Source: Macrostomum lignano (taxonomy: Eukaryota). Taken from it: a stretch of DNA of 64,000 bases. The notes below the pieces were generated by a model. That model ran no database searches. It worked only from the letters and a program-made list of their open reading frames with translations, and was not told the origin of the DNA. The stretch covers positions 366,526 to 430,525 of the forward strand of contig NIVC01000947.1 in NCBI GenBank assembly GCA_002269645.1, written 5' to 3'. The translations under genes were made by a program, and so were the position numbers. Shown piece after piece: positions 1-12,371 of this stretch; the first letter of the stretch is position 1; each line of letters starts with the position of its first letter.

Positions 1-103
1 TGGCATTCAGAATCTTAAGGATTTGGGATCTTAGGGGTTCGGGATCTTGGGATCTGAAATCTGCAAAGCGCCGCAATAAAACCCGGCAACTTTCTATGCT
101 CAG

Positions 104-2217
104 GTGACCATCAAGTGGCCCGTCACTCGTCTGTCAGTCACCGGCTCCCTGGACGTCGATGACAACCCAGCGGCAGCTGCCAGTGTAGTTGAAGATTCGC
201 ATCCAGCCTCGGAGGATCTGGAAGGCGGCGGCAGCAACAGCAAGAAGAACTTGTCGATAAAGCGAAGTGCCCTTCTGCGCCGGCGTCGAGAACGACGTCG
301 AGGAGAACAGCAGCAGCAGCAGCTGTGTCGGAATGCCGACGGCGCGTCAGCTGTTGAAGAGGCTGGCGGCCTTCAAGTCGCTGACGACTGCCTGCTGGAT
401 GCTGACTCGACCGCTCTGAGCGGAGGCGGTCCCGGCCTGCAGTACCGGGACTCCTCCCTGCTGCTCGGCTCATCGGCTGAGTCAGTTGACGCCCCTCAGG
501 CCAAGCGAGTTCGACACGAGTCGCTGGAGGACTTGGCGAGCATCCAGCAGAGGCTGACGGACTCGCTGAGTGGCGTGGCCGGACTGGAGACTGCGCAGGG
601 CGGCGGCGGCCTGCAGGTGAGAGGCGACTTCTTGAAATCCTCATTTTATAGGAATCTGAAACTCCCCCCCATTTTTATTCCTCATCTTTAATTTGGGATC
701 TGGAAATCCTCATTGTAATTTGGGATCTGGAAATCCTCATTTTAATTTGGGATCTGGAAATCCTCATTTTAATTTGGGATCTGAAAATCCTCAATTTTAT
801 TTGGGATCAATGAAAATCCCAATTTTTATTTGGGATCTGAAAATCCTCATTTTTATTTGGGATCTGAAAATCCTCATTTTTATTTGGGATCTGAAAATCC
901 TCATTTTTATTTGGGATCAGTGAAAATCCTCATTTTTATTTGGGATCTGAAAATCCTCAATTTTATTTGGGATCAGTGAAAATCCTCATTTTTATTTGGG
1001 ATCTGAAAATCCTCAATTTTATTTGGGATCAGTGAAAATCCTCATTTTTATTTGGGATCTGAAAATCCTCATTTTTATTTGGGATCAGTGAAAATCCTCA
1101 TTTTTATTTGGGATCAGTGAAAATCCTCATTTTTATTTGGGATCTGAAAATCCTCATTTTTATTTGGGATCTGAAAATCCTCATTTTTATTTGGGATCTG
1201 AAAATCCTCAATTTTATTTGGGATCAATGAAAATCCTCATTTTTATTTGGGATCAGTGAAAATCCTCATTTTTATTTGGGATCAGTGAAAATCCTCATTT
1301 TTATTTGGGATCAGTGAAAATCCTCATTTTTATTTGGGATCTGTAAATCCTCATTTTTATTTGGGATCAGTGAAAATCCTCATTTTTATTTGGGATCAGT
1401 GAAAATCCTCTTTTTTCTTTGTATCTGAAAATCCTAATTTTCATTTGGGATCTGAATTAATAAAATACTACTATTTAGTAATATTAAAGAATCCCAACCC
1501 GTCCACCAATTCAAGGCCCTAGCAACAGCCGCTGGTTTCCATGGCAACAGCTATTCGACGGGCTGCTCTTCGAACTCGGTCTCTACAGCGTCAGTCGCGC
1601 CTCTGCTGAGAGGCTTGAAGTCCACGCCATCCGCTGCCTCCAGCGGCTCCAGCAGTCACCAGCACCAGCAGCAGGTGCTGCTCCATCAGCAGCATCAGCA
1701 TCTGCAAGGACTGGACAGTCAGACCCAGAAGGCACTCCTAGCCATGGCGTTGAATGGCTTCAACAGTCAGCAGCAGTCGCAGCAGCCTCCGCCGCCGCCG
1801 CCGCCCTACAATCCGATCTTCAACCCGCCGCCTCAGCAGCAGCAGCAGCATCTGTCTCTCAGTTCTCAACAGTTCCCTCATCAGTCTTCATCAGCTGCTG
1901 CTGCTAATCTGTTCTCCCTTGCCGCAGTCGGCAGTCACAGCAGCTCGCCGCTGAAAGAGGCTCTGAGCCAGATCGACAACAGCCAGTTGAGAAGGCAGCT
2001 GCGCAGATTAGAGAACTACTTCCGGTCGGGTATTGTGGCGGTTTCAGAGGCCATATTACGCCAGTCGGTGGCTAACAGTTCGGCACAGCTGACCGGCTCA
2101 GCGTTTGGCTTCAAGGCTGGTGGCGGTGCCAGCAGTGAGCAGGAGAGGTTAGGAAGGCTGCTCAACTATTTGGAAGGCTTGGAGCGGGTCAACAAACTGG
2201 CCCAGGACTTGGCCTGA
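104..2217 (+). CDS. Last two visible coding exons (104-616 and ~1516-2217) of an unknown low-complexity Q/S/A-rich protein; gene starts upstream of the window
   Basis: Acceptor ctcag at 101-103 and donor cag|gtgaga at 616/617 give a 513-bp phase 0-0 exon. The frame of ORF 1615-2217 stays open upstream to an in-phase aag| acceptor at 1515 (exact acceptor uncertain). Stop TGA at 2215-2217. GC-rich coding-like composition against AT-rich/repeat flanks; no recognisable domain. Confidence 0.65.
660..1450. repeat. Intronic minisatellite, 27-28 bp unit (TTGGGATCTGAAAATCCTCATTTTTAT)
   Basis: Direct inspection of periodicity (e.g. tcctc at 844 and 871). Confidence 0.95.
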
Positions 2218-2242
2218 TAAAGCTGCTAGATTCGGGTTGATA

Positions 2243-2600
2243 TGGATTTTGGATCTTGGGATTTGGGATCTTGGGATTTTGGATCTTGGGATTTGGGATC
2301 TTGGGATTTGGGATCTTGGGATTTTGGATCTAGGGATTTGGGATCTTGGGATTTGGGATCTTGGGATTTGGGATCTTGGGATTTGGGATCTTGGGATTTG
2401 AGATCTTGGGATTTGAGATCTTGGGATTTGAGATCTTGGGATTTGGGATCTTGGAAGTTTGGATCTTGGGATTTGGGATCTTGGAATTTGGGATCTTGGG
2501 AATTGGGATCTTGGGATTTTGGATCTAGGGATTTGGGATCTTGGGATTTAGGATTTGGGATCTAGGGATTAAGGATCTTATGATTTGGGATCATTGGATT
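2243..2600. repeat. Minisatellite, 15-bp unit (GGATCTTGGGATTTG)
   Basis: Direct inspection; explains the spurious ORFs 2242-2565 and 2346-2528. Confidence 0.95.
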
Positions 2601-3579
2601 TGGAAACTTATTTTATATGATTTTAACAATTCTGGGATTTTAGAATCAACAATTTTTAGATTTCAGAATTAGCCTTTTATTATACTTTATGTTCCAATTT
2701 TAGGACAAGGAACCTTTTATTTGGACTTACCAATTAAGGATTAAGGATTTCCATTGACAGATTTTGGGAAGATTTCAATTCCGTAGATCCCAAACTCAAA
2801 GATCCTGATCCCATTTATCCGTACATTAATGAGCGTCTCATTAGCTAATATTGTTCCGGCTGTAAATTTTAAGCTTTTTAATATTTATTTTCATTTTTAT
2901 TGCCTTAAGTCTTGAATTGGAACTGTTGCCTTTTCTGCTGCCACAAGAACTGCTGAACTATTTTATACAATATGTAAATTTGCCACAATCGCCAAAACAA
3001 TTTATCATGTAATCCGCTTGCTCACCGGCTCTCGGCCTGTCGTCTGTTAATCAACATTTTTACAAATTATTTGTTAACTGAAATTCACTATTCCGGTTTG
3101 CGTGCGCAAATTTTGCTACTTACAGTAAAGTAGTTTGAATTTTTCTGTTTATCTTTTTTCTAAACGAATAAATACTCGTGAGCTGCTCCCGGTCAAAGTC
3201 AAGTTTTTAGGATTTTTCAGCTGCCACTATTATTATTATTAGCATTATTATCATATTAACATGAACCAGGTAGTCCTATCTTCTTTTTTGTTACAAATTG
3301 CTGCTCAAACATTGCTGATCTTCATTGGTACACATTGCTGAACAAGAGGCTTCTTGGTGAAATTCCATGGCTTGTGTTTATTGTGTGTTTCTGTACAGTT
3401 TTTGAAAGGCTCAAATTGTATTTCTTACCTGTGTAATCTGTGCTGCGTTATTAGCTGGCAATTATTGATCGCATTATGCAAATAAGTACAATATGCACCC
3501 TGCAATGCCAAAGACTGCGTTTTTGTGCCCCCTTTTTTACGAGTAGTTCAAGCCGGTTTGTTTACAGTGTCAAAATAAT

Positions 3580-4390
3580 TTCAATTTTGTCTGTCACTCT
3601 ATTTGTCACCTTTATCTGTCACTTATAGCAATTATTAAATTATCTGTCACTCATCTGTCACTCTCATCTTTCACTCTCATCTGTCACTCATCTGTCACTC
3701 TTATCTGTCACTCTCATCTGTCACTCATCTGTCACTCTTTATCTGTCACTCATCTGTCACTCATCTGTCACTCATCTGTCACTCTTTATCTGTCACTCTT
3801 TACCTGTCACTCTTTACCTGTCACTCTTTATCTTTCACTTATCTGTCACTCATCTGTCACTCTCATCTTTCACTCTTTATCTGTCACTCTTTATGTGTCA
3901 CTCTTTATCTGTCACTCTCATCTTTCACTCTTTATCTGTCACTCTTTATGTGTCACTCTTTATCTGTCACTCATCTGTCACTCTTTACTTGTCCCTCTTT
4001 ACCTGTCACTCTTTATCCTTCACTTATCTGTCACTCTTTACTTGTCACTCTTTACCTGTCACTCTTTATCCTTCACTTATCTGTCACTCTTTATCTTTCA
4101 GTTATCTGTCACTCTTTATCTTTCAGTTATCTGTCACTCTTTATCTTTCAGTTATCTGTCACTCTTTATCTTTCAGTTATCTGTCACTCTTTATCTTTCA
4201 GTTATCTGTCACTCTTTATCTTTCAGTTATCTGTCACTCTTTATCTTTCAGTTATCTGTCACTCTTTATCTTTCAGTTATCTGTCACTCTTTATCTTTCA
4301 GTTATCTGTCACTCTTTATCTTTCAGTTATCTGTCACTCTTTATCTTTCAGTTATCTGTCACTCTTTATCTTTCAGTTATCTGTCACTTA
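3580..4390. repeat. Minisatellite built on ATCTGTCACTCTT, ending in a homogeneous 25-bp unit
   Basis: ctgtc recurs at 4081, 4106 and 4131. Confidence 0.95.
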
Positions 4391-4772
4391 TCTATCGCTC
4401 ACCTGTCACTGCTTCCCTCAGCCCTAGCTGCTCATCAATATGTACCATAATGCACCATACCGGCTAACCGCAGCAATCCAATACTCGAATCAGTCAGAGT
4501 AACTCACTTCCCCATGCAGTGAATTTTGCTTGCTTTTTTATTGCTTCTAGCTAGTACTATTTTTTACCCCATCCCTTGAAGCAACTTTGCTCGTCTTTTT
4601 GCGTGCTATTTTTCTATGAATACTACTTTGAGTAGCTGAAATCTTTATGACTGGCACTCTTTAATTAGCTATTTTGTTGATGATTTTGTCTCTTTTTGTA
4701 CCAACTTTTATCGATATGAGCGGATTGATGATGGCTTGTTTATCGTTCGTGTTTGCATCGAAATATAATTAC

Positions 4773-4880
4773 CTAATAACTGCTGATTTCTGTTGCCTTG
4801 GCAGCCGTGTACTGCCCATTCAGTTGGATTAGTAACTGACTGCTCTCTGCTTTGTTGCTCCTGAGGTCGGCTTTCAATAT
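4773..4880 (-). CDS. Possible orphan 108-bp internal exon (IESRPQEQQSREQSVTNPTEWAVHGCQGNRNQQLL)
   Basis: Strong polypyrimidine acceptor ctccctcctacag|, donor |gtaatt and one open phase 1-1 frame. No partner exons identified. Confidence 0.3.
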   Translation of the reverse strand: MLKADLRSNKAESSQLLIQLNGQYTAAKATEISSY

Positions 4881-4995
4881 CTGTAGGAGGGAGAGGGAGA
4901 CAAGGGGGGACAGACGGTGCGCAATGGAGTCGGAGAGCCGCAAGAGACCGGCATTTTGGCGGAGAATCGCTACCACAATTATTACTTGAGCACGT

Positions 4996-5450
4996 GTCTC
5001 CCTCTCCCCTATCTACCTCTCCCCTATCTCCCTCTCCCCTATCTCCCTCTCCCCTATCTCCTCCCCCTATCTCCCTCTCTCTTATCGCTCTCTCCCCTAT
5101 CTCCCTCTCTCTTATCGCTCTCTCCCCTATCTCCCTCTCTCTTATCGCTCTCTCCCCTATCTCCCTCTCTCTTATCGCTCTCTCCCCTATCTCCCTCTCT
5201 CTTATCGCTCTCTCCCCTATCTCCCTCTCTCTTATCGCTCTCTCCCCTATATCCCTCCCTATCTCCCTCCCCTATCTCCCTCTCTCTTATCGCTCTCTCC
5301 CCTATATCCCTCCCTATCTCCCTCCCCTATCTCACTCTCTCTTATCGCTCTCTCCCCCTATATCCCTCCCCCTATCTCCCTCTCCCCTATCTACCTCTCC
5401 CCTATCTCCCTCTCCCCTATCTCCCTCTCCCCTATCTACCTCTCTCCTCT
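4996..5450. repeat. CT-rich minisatellite, 30-bp unit
   Basis: Unit CTCCCTCTCTCTTATCGCTCTCTCCCCTAT repeats in register at 5101, 5161 and 5221. Confidence 0.95.
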
Positions 5451-5889
5451 CACAGGCGCGTCGCCTGCGGCGCTAAAATGAGTGCTTGCGGTGCCAAAAT
5501 GAGGGCTAAAATTTAGTCACGTACATGTACATTTTAAGTTATTGGCTTTGTCCCCCCACCATAAAATTCATGAGACCTCTCATTTCCCCTATTCCCTCTC
5601 CTACATTCGACAAAAGAATTCTGACTAATTATTTTTTGTTCAAAGAAACCTGTTAATTAAACAAGTAAGGTGAATAAATATGCTGTCTAATTAGTTGCAA
5701 TTTCTGTTGAAACATTCTTATACAGAGATTCAAGGTGAGTAACGGTTATATGAGCAGCCAAGTGACAAGGTATATGTTAATATTTGTTTTAGATAAATAA
5801 TTTGCTTTTTATTAAATGTTAAAAACATAAATAAAAAGGAACATGCGAGCTACACCCTTGCAATGCGCGCGTACGTTTCTGAGATTTGT

Positions 5890-6085
5890 CTCTAGAGTGG
5901 TGTCAGGGTCTCCAGAGTGGTGTCAGGGTCTCCAGAGTGGTGTCAGGGTCTCCAGAGTGGTGTCAGGGTCTCCAGAGTGGTGTCAGGGTCTCCAGAGTGG
6001 TGTCAGGGTCTCCAGAGTGGTGTCAGGGTCTCCAGAGTGGTGTCAGGGTCTCCAGAGTGGTGTCAGGGTCTTCAGGGTGGTGTCA
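5890..6085. repeat. Minisatellite, 20-bp unit (AGAGTGGTGTCAGGGTCTCC)
   Basis: About 9 near-perfect copies. Confidence 0.95.
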
Positions 6086-6303
6086 GGGTGTCTAAAGAGG
6101 CCTAAGAGAAGTCTTAAATTAAATGTCAGGCTTTAAGGGTACAACAGTCACAGTTTAAAAGGTCTTGAGACTCAACAAAATGGCAAATCAAAAGTCTTCA
6201 TGCCAGTTTGCAGAGTTAGCAATGACGCAGGTTCGCTTGGTGCAAAAGTCCGAGCTTATATGCGGTGCGCACTACTCATCAGTAGGCTGGCCAGCCCGCA
6301 CAA

Positions 6304-8222
6304 TCAGGCCCAGCTGGAAGGCATGAACCTGGGGATGTCGTCGGCGTCAACCTGCTTGACGTAGCGGATGCGAGATTTGCCGCAGCAGCGCCGGCAGCAG
6401 CGCACCAGGCAGAGGCCCAGCAGCACCAGCAGCGTCACCCCGACAATGGTGTACAGCACCAGCAGGGTGATCACCTCGGAGGAGCTCTGGCCGTTCATCA
6501 GGGCCTTCAACGCGCTCCGAGGATCTTTGTCGGCCGTCGCAGATGACGCCGAACCACCGCCTTTGCCGGTGGAATTTTGCGAATCTTCGGGCAACTCAAA
6601 GTCGACCATCAGCGGCGCCTGCGAGCTCGGCGACGCCGCCGCGGCAGTCGCGGCCGCCGGCTTGGTGGCAGCCGTGCTGGGGACGCTGCCCCAGGGCGGC
6701 AGCCAGCCCTTCGGGTGGCCGTCGGGTCCCAGGGCGATCACGGGGAACTTCGCATGGTCCAGAGCCTCGTCGCCGGGCAGAAGCGGCTGCGGGTTGGCGT
6801 ACTCGACTTCGTCGTCTCCTTCAGCTGCTGGAATCATCGAGTCAGAGTCGTCTGTGGATTCGACAGGCTCAGCGGGACTTTCAGCTGCATGTGCAGTCTT
6901 TGCTGCAGTCTTTGTTGCAGTCTTTGTTGCAGTCTTTGTTGCAGTCTTTGTAGTGGTCCTGGTTGCAGCCACCGTAGACGAGAAGCCGCTGCCCGGCACC
7001 GGGGTGGTTCTCCGAGGCCGGAGCTCGAACTCGTCGATCGGGGTGCCGCGCTGGCAGAGGAACCTGCGGCGGTGCCGGCAGGTGGTGTGGTGCAGCCTGA
7101 GTGAACCTCTCCGAAGCAGCAGGCAGGAGCACCGGCTGGGTGGCGCGGATCTGCTGCTGCCGCTGCTCCAGGACTTTGCCGAGTGGTGCACCTGGCCGGT
7201 TTGAGGACAACAGAGGGTGACAGGCTTTGAGAACCGTCTGTAACAGCCTGAAACAGGCCTGATAACAGACTGAAACAGGCTTGATAACAGACTGAAACAG
7301 TCTGGATAACAGCCTGAAACAGGCCTGATAACAGCCTGAAACAGGCTTGATAACAGCCTGAGACAGGCTTGATAACAGACTGAAACAGTCTGGATAACAG
7401 CCTGAAACAGGCTTGATAACAGCCTGAAACAGGCTTGATAACAGACTGAAACAGTCTGGATAACAACCTGAAACCTGCCTAATAACAGACTGAAACAAGC
7501 CTGATAAGAGATTGAAACAGGCCTGATAAAAGCCTGGAACAGGCCTGATAACAGACTGAAACAGTCTGGATAACAGCCTGGAACAGGCCTGATAACAGAC
7601 TGAAACAGGCCTGATAACAGCCTGGAACAGGCCTGATAACAGACTGAAACAGTCTGGATAACAGCCTGGAACAGGCCTGATAACAGACTGAAACAGGCCT
7701 GATAACAGCCTGGAACAGGCCTGATAACAGCCTGGAACAGGCCTGATAACAGCCTGGAACAGGCCTGATAACAGCCTGGAACAGGCCTGATAACAGACTG
7801 AAACAGTCTGGATAACAACCTGGAACAGGCCTGATAACAGACTGAAACTGTCTGGATAACAGCCTGGAACAGGCCTGATAACAGACTGAAAGTCTGGATA
7901 ACAGCCTGGAACAGGCCTGATAATTACAGACTGAAACAGGCCTGATAACAGCCTGGAACAGGCCTGATAACGTACCCCAGCTCACCCAGTAGCACCGGCC
8001 AGGTCTCAGCTGCCTGGCCAACTCCCCGAGCTGTCGGCCTCCCCTAGTCGTCAAGAGGCCGCCAAGGCCGGCAGCCCGGCAGAATCGCTCAGCCTCCAGC
8101 CAGGTGTCCTTGTGCCGGCTGGCGTAGTGCCGCGGCGGCGCCATGGACCTCGAATAGGACCTGCTGGCCTCCAGCTGCACCAGCAGCAGAGCGGCTACTA
8201 AAAAGCAGAGCCTGATTAGCAT
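6304..8222 (-). CDS. C-type lectin domain, mucin-stalk, single-pass type I membrane protein (~374 aa); exons 8222-7986 and 7191-6304
   Basis: Signal peptide MLIRLCFLVAALLLVQLEAS. CTLD pattern TWLEAERFC..GGLL...CYW|V...W...RCSCL...TCRHRRRFLCQ is joined by a phase-0 intron (TGG|gtgagc ... ccag|GTG). T/A/S/P-rich stalk with TKTA repeats, TM helix VITLLVLYTIVGVTLLVLLGLCLV, then CCRRCC and a short tail ending at TGA 6306-6304. Confidence 0.8.
7235..7970. repeat. Intronic minisatellite (AACAGCCTGGAACAGGCCTGAT variants) filling the CTLD gene intron
   Basis: Direct inspection. Confidence 0.95.
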
Positions 8223-8669
8223 TGTTGCTTTGCTCAAAGTTTCTGAGAACAGTCTGTTTACTAGTTTAAGAATATGCAAGGTCTGAAATTTTCTAGCCCT
8301 TTGATGCAGTGAGGCGCCCCTCTGTGTATTTATCACTAATGGCAAGACAGATGTCTGCCGAGCCCCAGAACCGGGGGGGGGGGTCACAGAGGTAGAGAAG
8401 AGGTTTCATAGAACAATGGAACTCTGAGCAGTTGGAGCTGTGGGAGAGACTGTAGGGTTCTAGAAAATTCTGTGTGTGTGCTATCTGCCTGGGGCGCTGT
8501 GCTCGCATGTACAGCTGCTGCACACTGACTGCGTAAACTCTGCAAAATAATTGTGTAGATCTCGTGACTTGGCTGTTAAACTGTAGCTCAAGTGTTTTAC
8601 AAAGCATTAACGTGCACGTGTTTTATTTCTCAACTGCTTGAGCTGGCTTGGCTGTCTGCTGCACTGCAC

Positions 8670-9715
8670 TGGATAGGGGGAGAATGAGAGAGAAGAGAGA
8701 AGTAGAGAGAGAGGGAGGAGAGGTAGACAGAAAGAGGGAGAGGTAGAGGGAGAGAGGAGGTTACCTACAATCTCAGGCTAACACAATGAAAGTCCATTTA
8801 GTTAATATTGCCGATATTTCGAATTTGGTAAATTCTTTGTCAGGGAGAGGGAGAGAGGGGAGACATAAAAAGGGGTAAGGTAGACTGAGAGGTAGAGAGC
8901 GAGAGGGATGGGTAGAGAGAGGGGAGAGGTAGAGAGGGGAAAGAGGGAGAGAGAGGGGAGAGGTAGAGAGAGGAAAGAGGGAGAGAGAGGAGAGGTAGAG
9001 AGGGGAGAGGTAGAGAGGGGAAAGAGGGAGAGAGAGGAGAGGTAGAGAGGGGAGAGGTAGAGAGGGGAAAGAGGGAGAGAGGGGAGAGGTAGAGAGGGGA
9101 AAGAGGGAGAGAGGGGAGAGGTAGAGAGGGGAGAGGTAGAGAGGGGAAAGAGGGAGAGAGGGGAAAGAGGGAGAGAGAGGGAAGAGGTAGAGAGGGGAAA
9201 GAGGGAGAGAGGGGAAAGAGGTAGAGAGGGGAAAGAGGGAGAGAGGGGAAAGAGGGAGAGAGAGGAGAGGTAGAGAGGGGAGAGGTAGAGAGGGGAAAGA
9301 GGGAGAGAGAGGAGAGGTAGAGAGGGGAGAGGTAGAGAGGGGAAAGAGGGAGAGAGGGGAGAGGTAGAGAGGGGAAAGAGGGAGAGAGGGGAGAGGTAGA
9401 GAGGGGAGAGGTAGAGAGGGGAAAGAGGGAGAGAGGGGAAAGAGGGAGAGAGAGGGAAGAGGTAGAGAGGGGAAAGAGGGAGAGAGAGGGGAAAGAGGGA
9501 GAGAGAGGGAAGAGGTAGAGGGGAAAGAGGGAGAGAGAGGGGAAAGAGGGAGAGAGAGGGAAGAGGGAGAGAGAGGGAAGAGGGAGAGAGGGAGGTAGAG
9601 AGAGGATAGAAGTAGAGAGAGGGATAAAGAGAGAGAGAGAGAGAGAGAGAATAGAGAGGAGAGGTAGAGAGAGGAGAGAGAAGAGAGAAGGGGAGAGGCA
9701 GGGGGGAGAAGGCAA
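8670..9715. repeat. GA-rich polypurine low-complexity/minisatellite tract
   Basis: Direct inspection; source of the spurious L/S/P ORFs on the minus strand. Confidence 0.95.
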
Positions 9716-10424
9716 AGAGCAGTGATGAATGATGAGACAGTTTTAGGCAAGCAATTCATTTATTTCAATGTAAAAAATAAAAAAGCAATTAATTAAAACA
9801 GCGATGCTTCATCAGTGATATTTATAGCTGAGGTCGATAATTTCAGTCTGAAAAAAAATTCAATTATTATTGTTTTTTTCAATTGAAATAAAACTCACAC
9901 ACAGCATTCAGCCATTCGAATGATTTGTACCGATTACTAGGCTCGCAATTAATAGAGTTTTGATCAGCGCAAATAGAGAAAAAAACGCTTACTACTAATT
10001 AGTTAAGGCAGGATGTAAAAAAAATCAAAGTGTCTGTTTGACCGTTTTGTTTTCTTGCGAAAGCAAACGCATGACAGCCTACTGAAGCTTTGTTACTAAG
10101 TAGTAAAATTTCAGCAAAAATCCGGTATATAAATAAAGTAAGAAAGAGCTAAAAAAGCGGCACTACTAATAGTAGGGAAATAATTTTTTGGCATCTGAAT
10201 TTCTTTTTTAATCGAATGAATCAAATTTATTGATCGGGTAGATAAAAAAATAAAATAAAAATGTGTGAGCTTCAAGCTCTAGCTGAGCCTGCGGTATCAA
10301 TACAGTTTATTGCAGCAAGAACGGATTGTGAGGTTGCAGTTTCAATGCCGGAATTTGGACACATAGTGGACTGTTTTGAGCAAATGAGGCATTTGGCTGA
10401 GGTGGGGAATGACGAGAGAGTGAA

Positions 10425-12085
10425 GATGGAGTGACTGAGGATGGAGTGACAAGCGAGTGAGGATAGAGTGACAAGAGAGTGAGGATAGAGTGACAAGAGA
10501 GTGAAGATGGAGTGACTGAGGATGGAGTGACAAGAGAGTGAGGATAGAGTGACAAGAGAGTGAGGATAGAGTGACAAGAGAGTGAAGATGGAGTGACAAG
10601 AGAGTGAGGATAGAGTGACAAGAGAGTGAGGATAGAGTGACAAGAGAGTGAAGATGGAGTGACAAGAGAGTGAGGATAGAGTGACAAGAGAGTGAGGATG
10701 GAGTGACAAGAGAGTGAGGATGGAGTGACAAGAGAGTGAGGATAGAGTGACAAGAGAGTGAGGATAGAGTGACAAGAGAGTGAAGATGGAGTGACAAGAG
10801 AGTGAGGATAGAGTGACAAGAGAGTGAGGATGGAGTGACAAGAGAGTGAGGATGGAGTGACAAGAGAGTGAGGATAGAGTGACAAGAGAGTGAGGATGGA
10901 GTGACAAGAGAGTGAAGATGGAGTGACAAGAGTGTGAGGATAGAGTGACAAGAGTGTGAGGATGGAGTGACAAGAGAGTGAGGATAGAGTGACAAGAGAG
11001 TGAGGATAGAGTGACAAGAGAGTGAGGATAGAGTGACAAGAGAGTGAGGATGGAGTGACAAGAGAGTGAGGATGGAGTGACAAGAGAGTGAGGATGGAGT
11101 GACAAGAGAGTGAAGATGGAGTGACAAGAGAGTGAGGATAGAGTGACAAGAGAGTGAGGATAGAGTGACAAGAGAGTGAGGATAGAGTGACAAGAGAGTG
11201 AGGATGGAGTGACAAGAGAGTGAGGATGGAGTGACAAGAGAGTGAGGATGGAGTGACAAGAGAGTGAGGATGGAGTGACAAGAGAGTGAGGATGGAGTGA
11301 CTGCGGATGGAGTGACAAGAGTGTGAGGATGGAGTGACTAAAGATGGAGTGACAAGAGTGTGAGGATGGAGTGACTAAAGATGGAGTGACAAGAGTGTGA
11401 GGATGGAGTGAGTAAAGATGGAGTGACAAGAGTGTGAGGATGGAGTGAGTAAAGATGGAGTGACAAGAGTGTGAGGATAGAGTGACTGCGGATGGAGTGA
11501 CAAGAGTGTGAGGATGGAGTGACTGCGGATGGAGTGACAAGAGTGTGAGGATGGAGTGACTAAAGATGGAGTGACAAGAGTGTGAGGATAGAGTGACAAG
11601 AGAGTGAGGATAGAGTGTGACAAGAGAATGAGGATAGAGTGACAAGAGAGTGAGGATGGAGTGTGACAAGAGAATGAGGATAGAGTGACAAGAGAGTGAG
11701 GATGGAGTGACAAGAGAGTGAGGATGGAGTGTGACAAGAGAATGAGGATAGAGTGACAAGAGAGTGAGGATGGAGTGTGACAAGAGAATGAGGATAGAGT
11801 GACAAGAGAGTGAGGATGGAGTGACAAGAGTGTGAGGATGGAGTGACTAAAGATGGAGTGACAAGAGTGTGAGGATGGAGTGACTAAAGATGGAGTGACA
11901 AGAGTGTGAGGATAGAGTGACAAGAGAGTGAGGATGGAGTGACAAGAGAGTGAGGATGGAGTGACAAGAGTGTGAGGATGGAGTGAGTAAAGATGGAGTG
12001 ACAAGAGTGTGAGGATGGAGTGAGTAAAGATGGAGTGACAAGAGTGTGAGGATAGAGTGACAAGAGAGTGAGGATGGAGTGACAA
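10425..12085. repeat. Minisatellite, 22-bp unit (GAGTGACAAGAGAGTGAGGATG/A), ~1.65 kb
   Basis: gtgac recurs at 10681 and 10703; variant blocks toward the right end. Confidence 0.95.
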
Positions 12086-12371
12086 GATGAGAGTCTAAAT
12101 AGTTAAGAGTGAAGAGACGCGGAGACAGAGACAGACCAGCAAGTAATTGGCGCGCACATGCAGGCAGATACGGTACAAAAGAAGCGCTTCATCTAGTCTC
12201 AGCCTCACCCACCGATTAGAGTGGCGCCAGCACTAACCAAATAAAGGCGATGCAACAAAAACACAGAGATAGTGACTACTAAAAAAGTAAAAAAACCTCA
12301 TCTACACAGACGGCTAGGGCATGAAAGAAAATATCGCCAAGTCAAAAGTCGATCATATCATTGGATAGCTG

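Noticed and set aside
10272-10406. Minus-strand terminal exon (KCLICSKQSTMCP...)
   Set aside because: An acceptor is present but there is no upstream partner, since the LMAN2-like gene already terminates at 12372; it may be UTR or noise.
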